In this document: piece after piece, positions 1 to 12,900 of the stretch
Layout of the letters: every line of letters begins with the position of its first letter
How positions within the stretch are numbered: the first letter of the stretch is position 1
Origin: Haplodiscus bocki
Taxonomy: Eukaryota
DNA length: 64,000 nucleotides
Direction of reading: 5' to 3'
NCBI GenBank assembly: GCA_965655095.1
Contig: OZ296649.1
Location: 45,012,001-45,076,000, forward strand
Notes under the pieces: model-generated
Seen by the model: the letters and a program-made list of their open reading frames with translations, nothing else
What the model was told of the DNA's origin: nothing
Databases searched by the model: none
Program-made: the position numbers and the translations under genes

Positions 1-938
1 TGGAGGAGGAAAAACAAAATGGACGGATTTTGAAGGGCCTGGGCTCTTAACAGCGTACGGAGACTTCAAGGCCGACTGAGTAGGGTAAGATTGTCTCAAT
101 GACTCTATTTTCTTGATGCCTTGCGGTTGGCTAATCGGATGCTTTTCATCTCCGTCCATGGCAAAACAAGAACTACTCATTTCGTTTGCGTGACTAGTTG
201 ACTGTGGAACGCTCAGAAATCTGTTGGAAACAGGCACGTTGCTAGCTGATGGCGGTGGAGTTCGAGGGTCACAAGCAGGGGATGGATATTTGGCCAAGTC
301 TGCACACGGAGGCGACATATGAGATTTCATACTGTTTTCCAATTTCAAAGCCGGAGCTGGCATTTCTTTCTTCATCTCAGGAGTTGAATTGTTCATTTGG
401 TTCTGGTAACTCGGTGGTCCGGCTAAGTTTTCTGCCATAAATGGAGTTTTGGAAGTTCCTTTTGACGACAATGGAGGAACTGTTGGAGGAATGAAGGATA
501 GAGGCGCGGCTGCCATAGTGTCTACAACTCCGGGCTGTTTGACCATATTGAGTACGTTCAAAGTGGAAGAAAGGTTTTCAGACGTTGTAGGATTAAAACA
601 GGAAGAAATGCTTTGCAGAACATCAGATGAGGTTGCCATAGGGAGCGAGACATGACTCACAGTTGACGGAGACAAGCTCGTCACACACTGCGAGGCTATG
701 ACTGCTTCTCTTAGCGCTGATATCAGAGAGGACCGGTTCATTTCAGTTGCATCCAAGAGGTGAGAGGCTTGGGTGGGGGCGTTGACCGTGGACAGAATGT
801 GTGCAGGAGGGTTCGAATTTTTATGAGGCATAGTAAGGGCAAGAGGTTGCACAGGTGAAGACACGCTAGAGGAAGAATTGGAACCAGCTCCTCCTGGTGT
901 TGCAACCTGGCTGTTCATTCCTCCATTTGAAGGAGAAC
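1..938 (-). CDS. Ser/Pro-rich coding exon of the ZNF541/TRERF1-like gene, running off the window
   Basis: Acceptor tttttcag|GT at 939/938 (phase 1). The frame GSPSNGGMNSQVATPGG...KSPGPSKSVHFVFPPP is open to base 1, so it is missing from the ORF track (no stop in the window). Confidence 0.85.
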
Positions 939-3900
939 CTGAAAAACAGCACTCCTATGTTACGATTAACAGAAAATGAGTGTAGTTTTAGCGAAGTGTA
1001 AAAAATTGTATTAATCAAAAGCCAATTTATTTGAAATTACGATATTCAGTGAAGGTGAAAAGGATCATCATTAGTTTACCCGGACAGCTCATTACACACT
1101 CCAACCTATTACTGTGTTCATTTCATCAATTTTAAATTACACTACCATAGCAACAAGTTGACATCTTTGTCTAGCTAATGTCATTACGCACCTTCGTACA
1201 CTATTCTTGATATGTAGGTCAGCTCTTCCAAAAAAAAACTAGAATACTTGATAGAGCAGGCTAGATATAAAATTAGTTATTGTTCAATACATGTCTCCGA
1301 TCTATACATTGTTTTATTACAAGCAGGCTGATCTTGTAAGAGCCGGCAATACAAACCAGGCAGTTTAGCTGTGCTCCAATTCCTCAAGTATACAAGTCTA
1401 TTGAAAACCCCCTGATGCTATCGCGCGTTTTTTGAGAAAAAAATCTAACTAAACATTTCGAGCACTTTGCTATAAATTATGACAATCTATATGGAAGCCT
1501 CAAAATATTTCACGATCTTCGTCAGCAATCATAGATCAGCTCATGCCGATGAAAACTTTCGGCACACAATAAAGTGATAAGAAAATTTTATCGAAAGAAA
1601 AAACCAATTGAAGAAGCTTTGGAAACAAAACCGTGAGAACAATAAGAGACAAAAACTCGTCATAGCAGGGAAAAAATTGAAAATATCAAACAGTCCAAGC
1701 AAAACCATCATTTAAGGAAAAGTGGAAAATGCACAGTGGTTGAAAGTGAGCAGATGCTTTTCTTCATGAAATATCTTGCAAAAATCTTTCAAAAAACTGT
1801 GCTTCACAGAACTTGCGCCAACGGAGTACTAGTGAACAGATCGAACAAGTATAACTAATTTTTGAGGGGCCACCGTACAATGCAAAGTACTGAAAACACA
1901 ATTGAACAAAAATTTAATCAACTCAGTTATTATTTCTTTATCTACTTAAAACAAGCAGTCACGCTGGAAATTATGCCACGTGAAAAAAAATTTACAACTA
2001 CACAAGAGCCCATCAACAAAGTCTTGCACGCAGGTGAAAACGAACGAACAAAATCTAAGAACAACAGAATCTAGGAACAAGTGCGAGATGCGAACGGATT
2101 GAAAAAAGCCTGTGATATAACACTTGCCTCCGCAAGAATAACAGGGAAGCAAAGCAGAGCTTCGGAAAGTAGGGAAAATAAACTCCGCCAGCTTTCTGAA
2201 AAAATCGAACAGCACTAACCATAAATAGGGGAACCGCTGTGGAAAACAATATGAAAACCTTCGAAACAATGGCAAAACTCTACCTGAGTAAAAAACTGAA
2301 AAATGTCAGACTTTGAAAAAACTATTTCCAAGATTTTTGCTGAAGATTAGAAAGTCTTTTTGACTAGCAACAGCCGTGACAAATTCCATCAGAAGCAAAA
2401 TTTGGTGAAAATGTCTTTGTTCGAGAACTATATCAAACATAAGCACTCTAGGGCCAAGGACCTCTCGTGGCCCAGAGAATAAATTACAATAAATATTTTA
2501 ATTGGCTGGAAGAACTTGTAACAAAATCACCTGCGTTTGGACTGTATCTGCTGCTATTTTTAGCCAAAAGGCTGATTTGGGAATAAATGAGCGTTAACTG
2601 TATGGAAAATCGAAAAAATGTAGTTTAAGGTTGACTCCAAAAAAACAAGGTGTCTTTTCACATGAACTCTCAGGAAATTCATAAAAAGTGTTAACTTTGC
2701 TATTTAATTTAGCTGAATTTGCCATCACAAAGATGATTTCTAAATCAAACGAGAAAAATCACGAAAACATTCTAAAAACAAAGAATTGCGGATTGAAACT
2801 CGCTAAAAGCAAAGATTCCCGAGTAAAAGTTTAATAGTTAATATATAAAAAGAAATATGTCTTCTTGTGTTGGTTTCCATGCACTTGTGACTGAAAAGCA
2901 AAATTATAGGGCAAAAGGGCGAAGTTCGGAAAAAATATTGAAAAATAAGCTACTAGTTGTTTAGTTTATTTAGACAACGATAAACTTCCCTAATGAGCAA
3001 CTATGAAAGCCCTGTGTTTTTTACCAATATTTAGGTTTCTGTATCATATTAGTCCGGCCTAGTGGCAAGATCGTTCAATAGGAAGTGAAAGAAAGAAAGG
3101 GAAAACTTAAAGGAAAAGTCGATATTAGCCTAATTTGCAGCACCAAAAACGGCATTTAAGCTAATGAAAAAACGGCGAAGAATTCCAGAAGTCCTACGGT
3201 CTTTTACAATTCTGCTTTATGTTGTAGTATCTGGAGAAGGCTGTTGAAAGCTGATGTTGAAAACAGAATTGCGAAAAGTCTGAGAAATTCGGGAAACTGG
3301 CAAAATTTCGGCCTAGTTGAAAATAATAGGACTTTTGAATTTCGGAACAATGTGGAGTAGTTTGGGCAGCAAAAAGATTAATCCTATGCCAAAAGAATTC
3401 AAGCTGCCAGAAATACAACGAGGAAAGTCATTTTCTGTGCACATGTGCAATATTTTTTGTTTTTTGCTCGTGCATAAACACCAAAAAATTTCGCCAATTC
3501 TTCACTTGTCAATTAGCTTTTTGAATTTCCACCGGAACAACTGACGTGGCTGGGAAAAGAAGGAAAAATCGGGCGAAAGTAACAAAAATTGATTTTAAAA
3601 ATTTGCTCAATTGCGAAGAACTGAGTTTTGAGTGAAGGTGGTTGGTTCAAGACATCTTCAACGCAGAAAACATCTCTCCTACTGGAGAAATTAGGTCAAT
3701 TGTCCACTGAAAATTACCAAATTAAAAATCACGGAAAACTTGTCGTTGAAATGGGCATCGAAACGAGACGGTCAGAGTACCCAAACACACAAGGCTGGCG
3801 TCATTAACCACTAGCCCAAGTAATCTCTCCCGACTTTGACTAAATGCATCCCGCTATCATCTTCTCCGGTTGTGAGCGATATAGAAAAAAAGCGCGTCGA

Positions 3901-6900
3901 CCGTGAATAAATTGCCATTTGCCAGCTTAAATAGTAATACTATCAGTAACCCAGTAAAAGTTATTTCGATAACGGAGAAAGCGTTTACTACTTCTTCGCT
4001 GATGTAGAAAGGTCAATACAAGAAAAAATGAAGCTTTGAAATAATATGTAAATGGCGGGTGTGTAACAATCTTTGTTCATCGATCCTAAAACATGCTCTG
4101 AAGTGTTAAACATATTCAATACAGTCGAAAAGCTGAAGAAGTGATTTTAGCAAAATCCGTGTTAAAGCAACGGCACCAACGACCACCTAATCCATCGTTG
4201 AGTTTTTTAGTCATTTCTAATTAGTTTTTTTCAACAACTCCCAAATTTGCGAAAATAACTTTGCTGTACTATTATTGGTCACAAAGATTCTCAATTTCCC
4301 TCCAGTTTGTAGGGAGTAAAACTTTAGAATGTGTAGTAGACGTGCAATTTCGTAGATTTGAAAACTCTATTCGATACCTTGGATTAAAAGATTCTTGTAG
4401 GTAAACTGATGAGTTACAGCGTAGGAGTCCTTGGCTATGATTGGCTTGATGGTTATTTCTCAAAAAGAACACAATACGTTCAGGAAAATGGCTGCACGTC
4501 GACAACAATAAGTATAACTTGTGGTGTTTCTCAAGTATCAATATAGGGCACCCACTATTCCTTAACTCCAAAATTTGCTCCAAAGGAAAACTAGTATACA
4601 AATCGATCAAGTATGACAAACTTTTGAAATAGCCACAGTACTGCAAACTACTGATTGAGCAAAGAAACGATATCACTAACTCAGCTAATTCTTTCCAACT
4701 CATATACAAGTGTAACAAGTACCAACGGCCAGAATTGGCAAATGACAGGAGAAAAGACATCTTCAGCTGATTTTCCTTTCGTAATATATTACGACAGAAA
4801 ATAATAAATGCTTCCGCTTCGCTGAATAGTCAAAACATTGTTGGAGCAAGTAGAGTGTACAAGATAATTATAATTTTGCATTATTGAGCAGATGAGCGCG
4901 AACTTTCAGGGCCAACTAGCAGTAAAGTAGACACTTTTGCTTCCAAATTTGATGCATCGCAAATCTTTACCATTTGTTTTGCTAACGTCCGAGTCGACCC
5001 GAGCTTTTCTTTCAGCAAAGGAATTTCGGTTGAAAATTAATTTTGGTCCATGTTCATTTTGTTCCAACTGGCCATCTTTCTGTCAACAAGAATAATGATT
5101 TATTGATGCTGAAGCCACACATAAACAAGAGGCGCAGTCGCACTGCGATATTTTCCGTTAAGGGGGCGCACAAATGGATGATCGAACATATACCAAGTTG
5201 ATCTCGATTGAGACCTTGTCAGCAGAAGTCAAGCTTCTATTTTCTTGTTTGACTCTTCTACATGTAATTTTCTAGGAAAAATAGTTTATGATAAAAATGT
5301 ATTAGACTTGCGCAAGCAGTGTTTCATCGCAGAAGACCCTTCGAAAATTATAAGTTCGAAAATCGACAGAACTGCAATGAGAGTTGAACATTTCGGCCTA
5401 TCATGATTATTCTGCTGATTGTGCAAAAATCAAGGATTTCCAATTGACAGACCCTTCTACAGTTAAAAATCTATCAAATAATACCCTGATGGAAGAAGTG
5501 AGGCCAATAACTATGGAGAAATGAGGATTTGAAAAGAGGGTTTGTCAAAATTATAATCATTTTCTGACAAATTTGGACTATCAGGACTCCGATGCAAAGA
5601 TCAAAAACCGTCGTTTCTCTACCGAATAGTCCCCCTCAAGTAAAGATGTATGGCTTGAGTCCTTGATGGAAGAATTCACGCTCGTAGTTATGGAGAAAAA
5701 TGACTTCAAAAACCTAGTTGTAATTATGGCTAACCTTTCTGGGATTTTCGGCCAGTCTCCAAACAGAAGCGAAAAAATAAACACACTAAGAAATCAGTGC
5801 TTAAATTGCAGTAGGAGCTTACCCAGAAACAAATTGTACCATCAATTTTTCAAGGAAACCTCGGCGCTTCACGGTTTTGACATAAATCTACACGTTTGGA
5901 AAGTATTCAAAACAGATCGATTTTAAGGTTTTTCACGGAAAAAGTAAAAAAATTCCGACTATAACTAAAATATAATGTGTGATACACTGGAGTGTTTTCA
6001 TTTCTGCAAAACAAAATCGAGCTCTTCAGTTAGTGCGTCCAGGATATAGGACTTGAGATTCACAAAACACTCAAATCGCCGATAAATTCCAATCTGAAAG
6101 TTTGTTTCGTTGAAAAAGTCTTGAAAAAGACTTTGCTCGCAACGCAGAACATTACGCACGAAAAAAGGGCTTCTGTTATTTAAATCGACAAGTTTGGTCG
6201 TCTTTTCACGTAACAATCCCAAGGCAAGGAAAGCTTACAAAAAATTCAAAATATCGAAAGCAGCTCAATCATCGCGTTCTCTCGCAAAAAAAAACCAAAC
6301 ACAAAAGGTTCTGACCTAAACCACAAGATAGTAATCTAGAATATAGAGTCTCTTTGTTATGCCAATGGAGACCATGAGCCATATTTACGCCTATTTTTGA
6401 AGACACATTACTAAAAATGACAAAAATTGAACAGAAAAGCCGGAAAAGCTTCGATTAATAGGTTTCTCGCTGAAAATCTATCCAAAAACTCTGTATGTAT
6501 TTTGATACAACAAACAAACCGTTAAAAACAATCAAACAAGGTCTTCCATTTTAAATCTAAATTCAACTAGCAACTACTTCCAGTAATTAGGACTCCAAAT
6601 TGAAAACTGACATAGAATTCAAAGAAGCTCGCACAAGAGTTTTTCGCAGAAAAACATTGACAAAGAAACGAACATCTTTTACTTCAAAAACAGGAGTGAC
6701 ATTTTCATATGCCATGGTAAAGTAACGTTTTTTCTAGCACTTACTTCCAGCACAAAGCACTAAAATTTTCCAAAATGGTGAAAAAAGCTCGATTATCAAG
6801 ATCTGTTCGCCAAGGAACCTATCGAAATACCTCGTCAAGACAGCAAAAGAACTCCTTTTCAGGCTGTTTAAAATTAAAGTAATTTAGAGAACTGAAAGCC

Positions 6901-9900
6901 AAAATAAGAAACTTTAAATTCATTAAGGTTGGAAAAACGGGGAAAAAGCTAGATTTCCAAAGTTGCTCTCGCGGCAAATAGGTCAACAAAAATCATACTG
7001 CAATGTCTGGCATGTGATAGAACAGTCTCGTCGTTAGGCCTGCGCAACATTCAGGTAAGTTGAAGCCCTTCATGCTGAAAGAAACCAGCTATACCAAGAC
7101 AACGATGGTCCGAGTGTTAAAAAATAGCTGGACCTTCAAGTTTCTATCGCAGGAACATCGAACTGAAACCAAAAATGATTGTATGATAGATTAGAGCGCT
7201 AACGTAACTTCCCAATAGAAATCAGAAACATCCATCGAATACGTGAAATATTGAGCTTTGGACAGAGAAATTGGAGTTGAAACAGTAATTGTCCCTGAAC
7301 CTTAAAGTGTAGGTAACTGAAAAGGCGCTGCTGTTTTCGTTACGGCCGGCAAAAACGATTCGTTCTTGGAAAATCCTCCTCCAGTGAAACGCTGTTGACA
7401 GACCTTTGCGAGAGGAGCAGAATTTTAGACTACAATAAATTGGAATGTCCAGATTTCATAAATTTGAGCACTTTTTCGGGATTTTCCCCATATTAGGACT
7501 CCGAGAGAACCAAAGGAGCCAAACTCATTCTTTCATAGTCCTCCACAAGTAGAAAAATGATGATTACGACACTGATGGAAGAAGTCAAGTCAAAAGCTAT
7601 TGAGAAATATTAATCTCAATATCAACACTTTTCTAAATTAAAAGCATTCTTGCAGTTTTTGTAATAACAGAATTACATTGGAAGGAACAAAATCAATTGA
7701 TTTTCAATCTATTAGTCTTCCTCAAAGAAGCGATCTCCATTAGACCCTTGATGGAAAAAGTTATTCTGGTAAATCTGAAAAATCATCAGTTTGAAAACCG
7801 AGATCTGTATTTCTTTAGAGCCTTTTTGGCATTCCCGGTCTGTCAAGCTTGAGAAGCAAACACAAACATCAATCAATTCAAACTTGAAAGTCATCCCAGG
7901 AAAGAGGCTGTCAAGTAGAACCGTGATGAAAAGATTAAGCCATACAGTTTTGGACAAAATTGAGTTTCAAGAAACATCAAAACAAAAACGTTCCCCAAAG
8001 AATGATGAGTTTGTTAAAATTTTTCTTCTAGTAAAAAGCTTCTGATTGACACATTCGCAGAAGGAGTGCAGCAGGCGTGGTTGGAAAAAAATGAAATTGA
8101 ATGACGAGCTATGTCAAAATTATCAGCCCTTCTTGACTTCTTCCGAGTCTCAGGATTGACATATAAAGGAGAGAAATCAATTTTTTTCAGTGATAGTCTT
8201 CCATAGGTAGAAGGCTTCCGATTGAGAGCATGATGGAAGAAGTCAAGTCAGTAGTCATTGAGAAATACGACTGTCCAAAGGTGAGTAAAATTAACAGCAC
8301 TCATGCAACTTTTGGATTCCGACGGAAGGAACATATTCGACTCACTTTCCATTGAATAGCCCTAAAGCCCTAAACAGGTAAAGAGCTGTCGTTAAAATCC
8401 GTGATGCAAAAAGTTAGGCTGGTAGTTTTGCATAATTATGAGTACGGAAACCGAGATCCGAAGTTATTAACATTTTTGGTTTTTGAGGCCTGTCAGGATT
8501 CGGACGCGCAGAAAAAAAACTATGACTTTTTTTCCAGAGGTCATCCTCAAGTATTCTAGGTGTCGAGCAGAAGATTACCAGGTTAACAAAATCCTCAACA
8601 CGTTCACTCCGAATTATGAAATCGCCGAGAAAGAAGTCTACATACTGAGGGAAGACTTTATTTTCGTAATATATTACGGTGGAAAAAAATAACCAGTGAT
8701 AAGTACCCCTCAATGATCTTTTTGAGTTTATCTCTCCTGCAGAGAAAACCTTGATCAGATGTGATGCCATTAAGTCAAAAATAGTCCAACAATCTTTTCG
8801 TTCGAGATCCATTGGCCTTTTATTACACTCCAATTCTATTTCGGCACCGTGATTACCACTTTATCGCAATACCACTTGAAATTCTTGCGAATTGTTTTCA
8901 CAAAATACACGATAGCCTAATTTCCGGCAATATCAATGTACTCAGCAACATATTCACTGCAGCATCCTAGAGATAAATTGCTACTGAAGATTGATTTCTC
9001 AAACTCATTCTGGCCAAACGAACAGATGTCTCCTAAATTTTACCCTAAACCCAGTGAAGATAATGGGTCTTCGGGTTCGGGATAACTCCCTGGGGATGCT
9101 AGCCTCAACCAAAACATTTTATTTGGACTCCGGATTCTGGTTCCAGATTCAGGATCTCCAAATTGCTATAGTTTTTGAGAAATCGGCCTTCTAAGTCCCC
9201 ACTGATTTTGGAACATGGAACTTTTCGCAAGCTCGTCGACCAAAAAAGTTCCAGAAAATGAAAATAAAAAGCTTGATTACTTAACGGTCGTGGCCACTAG
9301 TTTACAGACATTACTTGTGATCGAATCAGTGCATAGACCCAACGACAATTTTTCGTGCGCTTGGGCGTTACGCTCATTTTTTTTCAAGAAACGTGCTTTT
9401 AGAATTCGGTTGAGTGCCTTTGCTATAATTTAACAAAATAAACTGAGGGTGCTGTACTACACCGGGATCAGTATGTCCCATTTTGCATTTAGTTTTTTTT
9501 GCATTTTTGCAAAATGAAAGTCAGTTTTTTCAAAAACATGAAAGCAAAACATATTCTCTAACGCTATTTTTGATTCACTCAAAGATCGCCTATGTTTATT
9601 AGAGAGCAGGACTCTTGCAGATCTGATGAGTGCGTTCTCTTTCCTCTCTAAGCTTCTCTTTTATAAAGCTTTTTCTACAATATTTCAAATGATGTCTAAT
9701 TGCTAGGAGAAATGGACTTTTCTTGAGTAATTTACCTTGACTCAAATTAACAGCAGCACTAGCGCCACAGAGAGTGGCGGCCGCGACATTGGCTGAGAAG
9801 TTTCCAGACGCTACGCTTGGAGGAGAGTCTATAATTTGAGGTTGCTGTTGGTGCACATTGCGAAGAACCTTCTCGCGGAAAGCTTGCTCTTTTCCCTCTT

Positions 9901-12900
9901 TGTCATAGCCCCCGTGAAGTCGCATATGACCATTGAGAGCGGGCAGAGTGGGGAACGTCTTATTGCATACAGGGCAAATCGATTCTTTCTCACTAAAAAA
10001 CAACAAACATGCATATATACGTTGTATATATTTATATATAATAATGAAAGCTTTGATACTTCTTTGAATCGGGATCGAGCAATTCATGATCCCATCGTCG
10101 ACATTGAAGTCGAATCTATAACCAACAAGACACCCGGCTACTAATGGGATATTTAACGCTCTTCAAATTTGTTAAAGATGCTTTTTTTGAAAGATGAAAA
10201 TGTTTTTGGGGAAAAAACAATAAATTTTCCAACTTCCGAAATTTAAGAAATTTCGGATTTTTTTGCAACACCTCAATTTAGGTAGAAAAACATTTCCCTT
10301 TGATACCCATTCTACAACAGATTCGCCACTACCGACTTTGGAATTGAAGTTTTTATCACAAAAAAATATTATTTTTTCAACAACGCAAATTGCGTAGGCA
10401 TTTTAAAAATCTTTATTCAGTCGCATTCTACGGCAAATTTTGCTACATTTTGGTGATGAAAAATTTTCAACTAAGAACCGTTGGACACCAGACATTTCCA
10501 ATTTGCAAGTGAACGTTGAAAAACGCTCGCGTTAAGCGGATAAGTTTCATTCCACATTCGAACAAGGAAAAAAATTTAACTCAACCAGTCTCAAATCGAA
10601 AGAACTTCCATTTTCACAAGTTTAGCATTCCATAATATGTTTCAAAAGTTCCCCAAAAATTTGAAAATCGAACACAGCAGCAAAACTGCGCATCGCAAAC
10701 ACTTGCAACAACAGAATTCAAAATGAAAATGTTTTCAAAATTACCCGAAAAACGAAGTCGGATTCCAATTCAATCCCTGACTCAGTTGTCACGGAAGAAA
10801 ATTGATTTTTCGCAAAAAAAAAATATTAAAAGATGACCTCCTACCTGCTCAACGGCCACTCAAAACCGGAAGTACTTGAAATCGCTAAATAAAAGCACTA
10901 GTCATCAACGAAAATATACTTCTCGAACAACGAAAGCAAAAATGGTTGACTCTTTTGATTACAGGTGGAAATTTTTCGCCACAGAAGTCAAAAATAGGCC
11001 TCCTCAGCTACTCCACAGAAAAATTAGATTTAACGTACTTGAATCAGCATTGACAGCCCCAATATGATGATTAAACATTGACAAAAAAATACTATCGAAC
11101 AACAAAATCAAATTTCTGGTTCCTACGCGCGAAACAACTGACATCATCAGTCATTGAGAAGACTTTTGGCGCAAAACGCAGCTTATTGCAAGACAAATTT
11201 CTCAAGACGAACGACTCAAGAAAAAATGGTTCAATTCTTAAAGGAAACTCGATGAAGAAAAAAGATCAAGCCAACTCTAACTAAAAATTCCTAAGATTTT
11301 ATTATTACAATTTCAAATTTTATGCCGAAAGACGAATCATCATCGCTCCTGCATGGATCCTCTGAGCAGCGATTTAGTTGATTTTGCCATGAACCGACAA
11401 CCTCCGAAAAACACTGTTCAAGGGAAAGGTTTTCGACAAACGACGGGAAATAACACCATCGGGTTCCAAAAACTAGTTGATATATTTGAATCGGCTGTTC
11501 ATGATAATCTACATGCGGCGAGTCCATACAGGGTGATCTCAATCGAAACGCTAGTCTTCAGGAAAAACAACTTTCAATTACGTAATGACCAGAAAAAGCA
11601 ACTACAATATTTCAGACACAAACTGCGGTAATCCAGGAAAGAAACTGGAAAAAGACCATGAGGTTGGAATTTACCATCCGAGCAGGTTAACAGACGCTAC
11701 CGGCAGCAAATAGTTGAATCAGTTCAGGATGGACCCAATCCAAGCATAAGTCAGGAAAAAAATTTAACGAAAGGATACAAGAAAAAATATCTTCGGTTAA
11801 ATGACAAATACAAAATTCGCGGCAAAAATTGAAAATGCAGCATCACAGCTGCTTATCAGAAGCACCAACCAGCGGAGAATTGAATCAGCATTTACCATCC
11901 GTCCGGGTGGTCATGAAAAAGAAACATTTTCAGCGAATGATTCAAGTATAAACAGCTTTGGTTTTTCATGAACAAGTTAAAATTATTCACCATACAAGTT
12001 GAAAATACACCACCCCGGCTGCTCATCAGAAACTCCGAGAAGCCAGTAGTTGAAGGAACATTAGATGGACCCAATCCGGCCAGTAGTCTTTAAGTAAATC
12101 ACTTCTCCGAGAGGACAGAAAATACATCGCTGATTTTTCAATTACAAAATTTTCTAGGATTCCAAATACGCACAGCTCATTTCATTCAAAACCAGAAAAA
12201 AGAATCTGAATATCAGGCTACGTGAAAAAAATTTTGACAGGCAGCCATGCGGCATGAACAAACTTCAACGCATACTTTGCCAGCGAATTCACACTTTGCG
12301 AGTTGAGGACCCACGGAAGACGCTTACCTTGCTCACTCATGTAATTATACTCTTGATCGAATTGACGCCTGAAAAGTTAGCCCCAGAAAAGCTAGATATA
12401 AGACGCGGCTACAATTCGATTGAAAACGATGATTCAATTTTTACTTGAACACTTAAATTTTCCAAACTACCAAAGGCCCATGAAATTTTATATCTTCCTC
12501 GTCTCCCGGAAAAATACAATTTAGTCTTTTTTAGTATAAAGTTTGTTTTAATTTACTATCATCAAACGATACTCCGTGAAAAGTTTTGGGTATAGACGTA
12601 AAATCAAAGCAATCCTAATAATTTTGAGCAAACAAACAACGATTAGGTTATATCCTAGCTTTTGCTCGAGGCTGAAACATGCAGCAAAAATTTTAAAGTT
12701 CTGTTAAAAGTCCCGTTGAAATGACCCTGAGAATAAGAACCCACAACTAGCAAAAATTTCCGCTGTCGTCATTGTGACAAAACTTGATTCTCAGTGATTC
12801 CAATATCTTGACTGCTGTTGCAATTTTAATCAGTGAGAGGCTTGAAAACTATTGATTTAGATATCATCCATTGTTGAAGAGGCTCTTGTGTCTTTCGAGG

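Noticed and set aside
3741-3835. Functional tRNA gene
   Set aside because: The acceptor and T stems do not pair and the B box is degenerate; treated as SINE-like.
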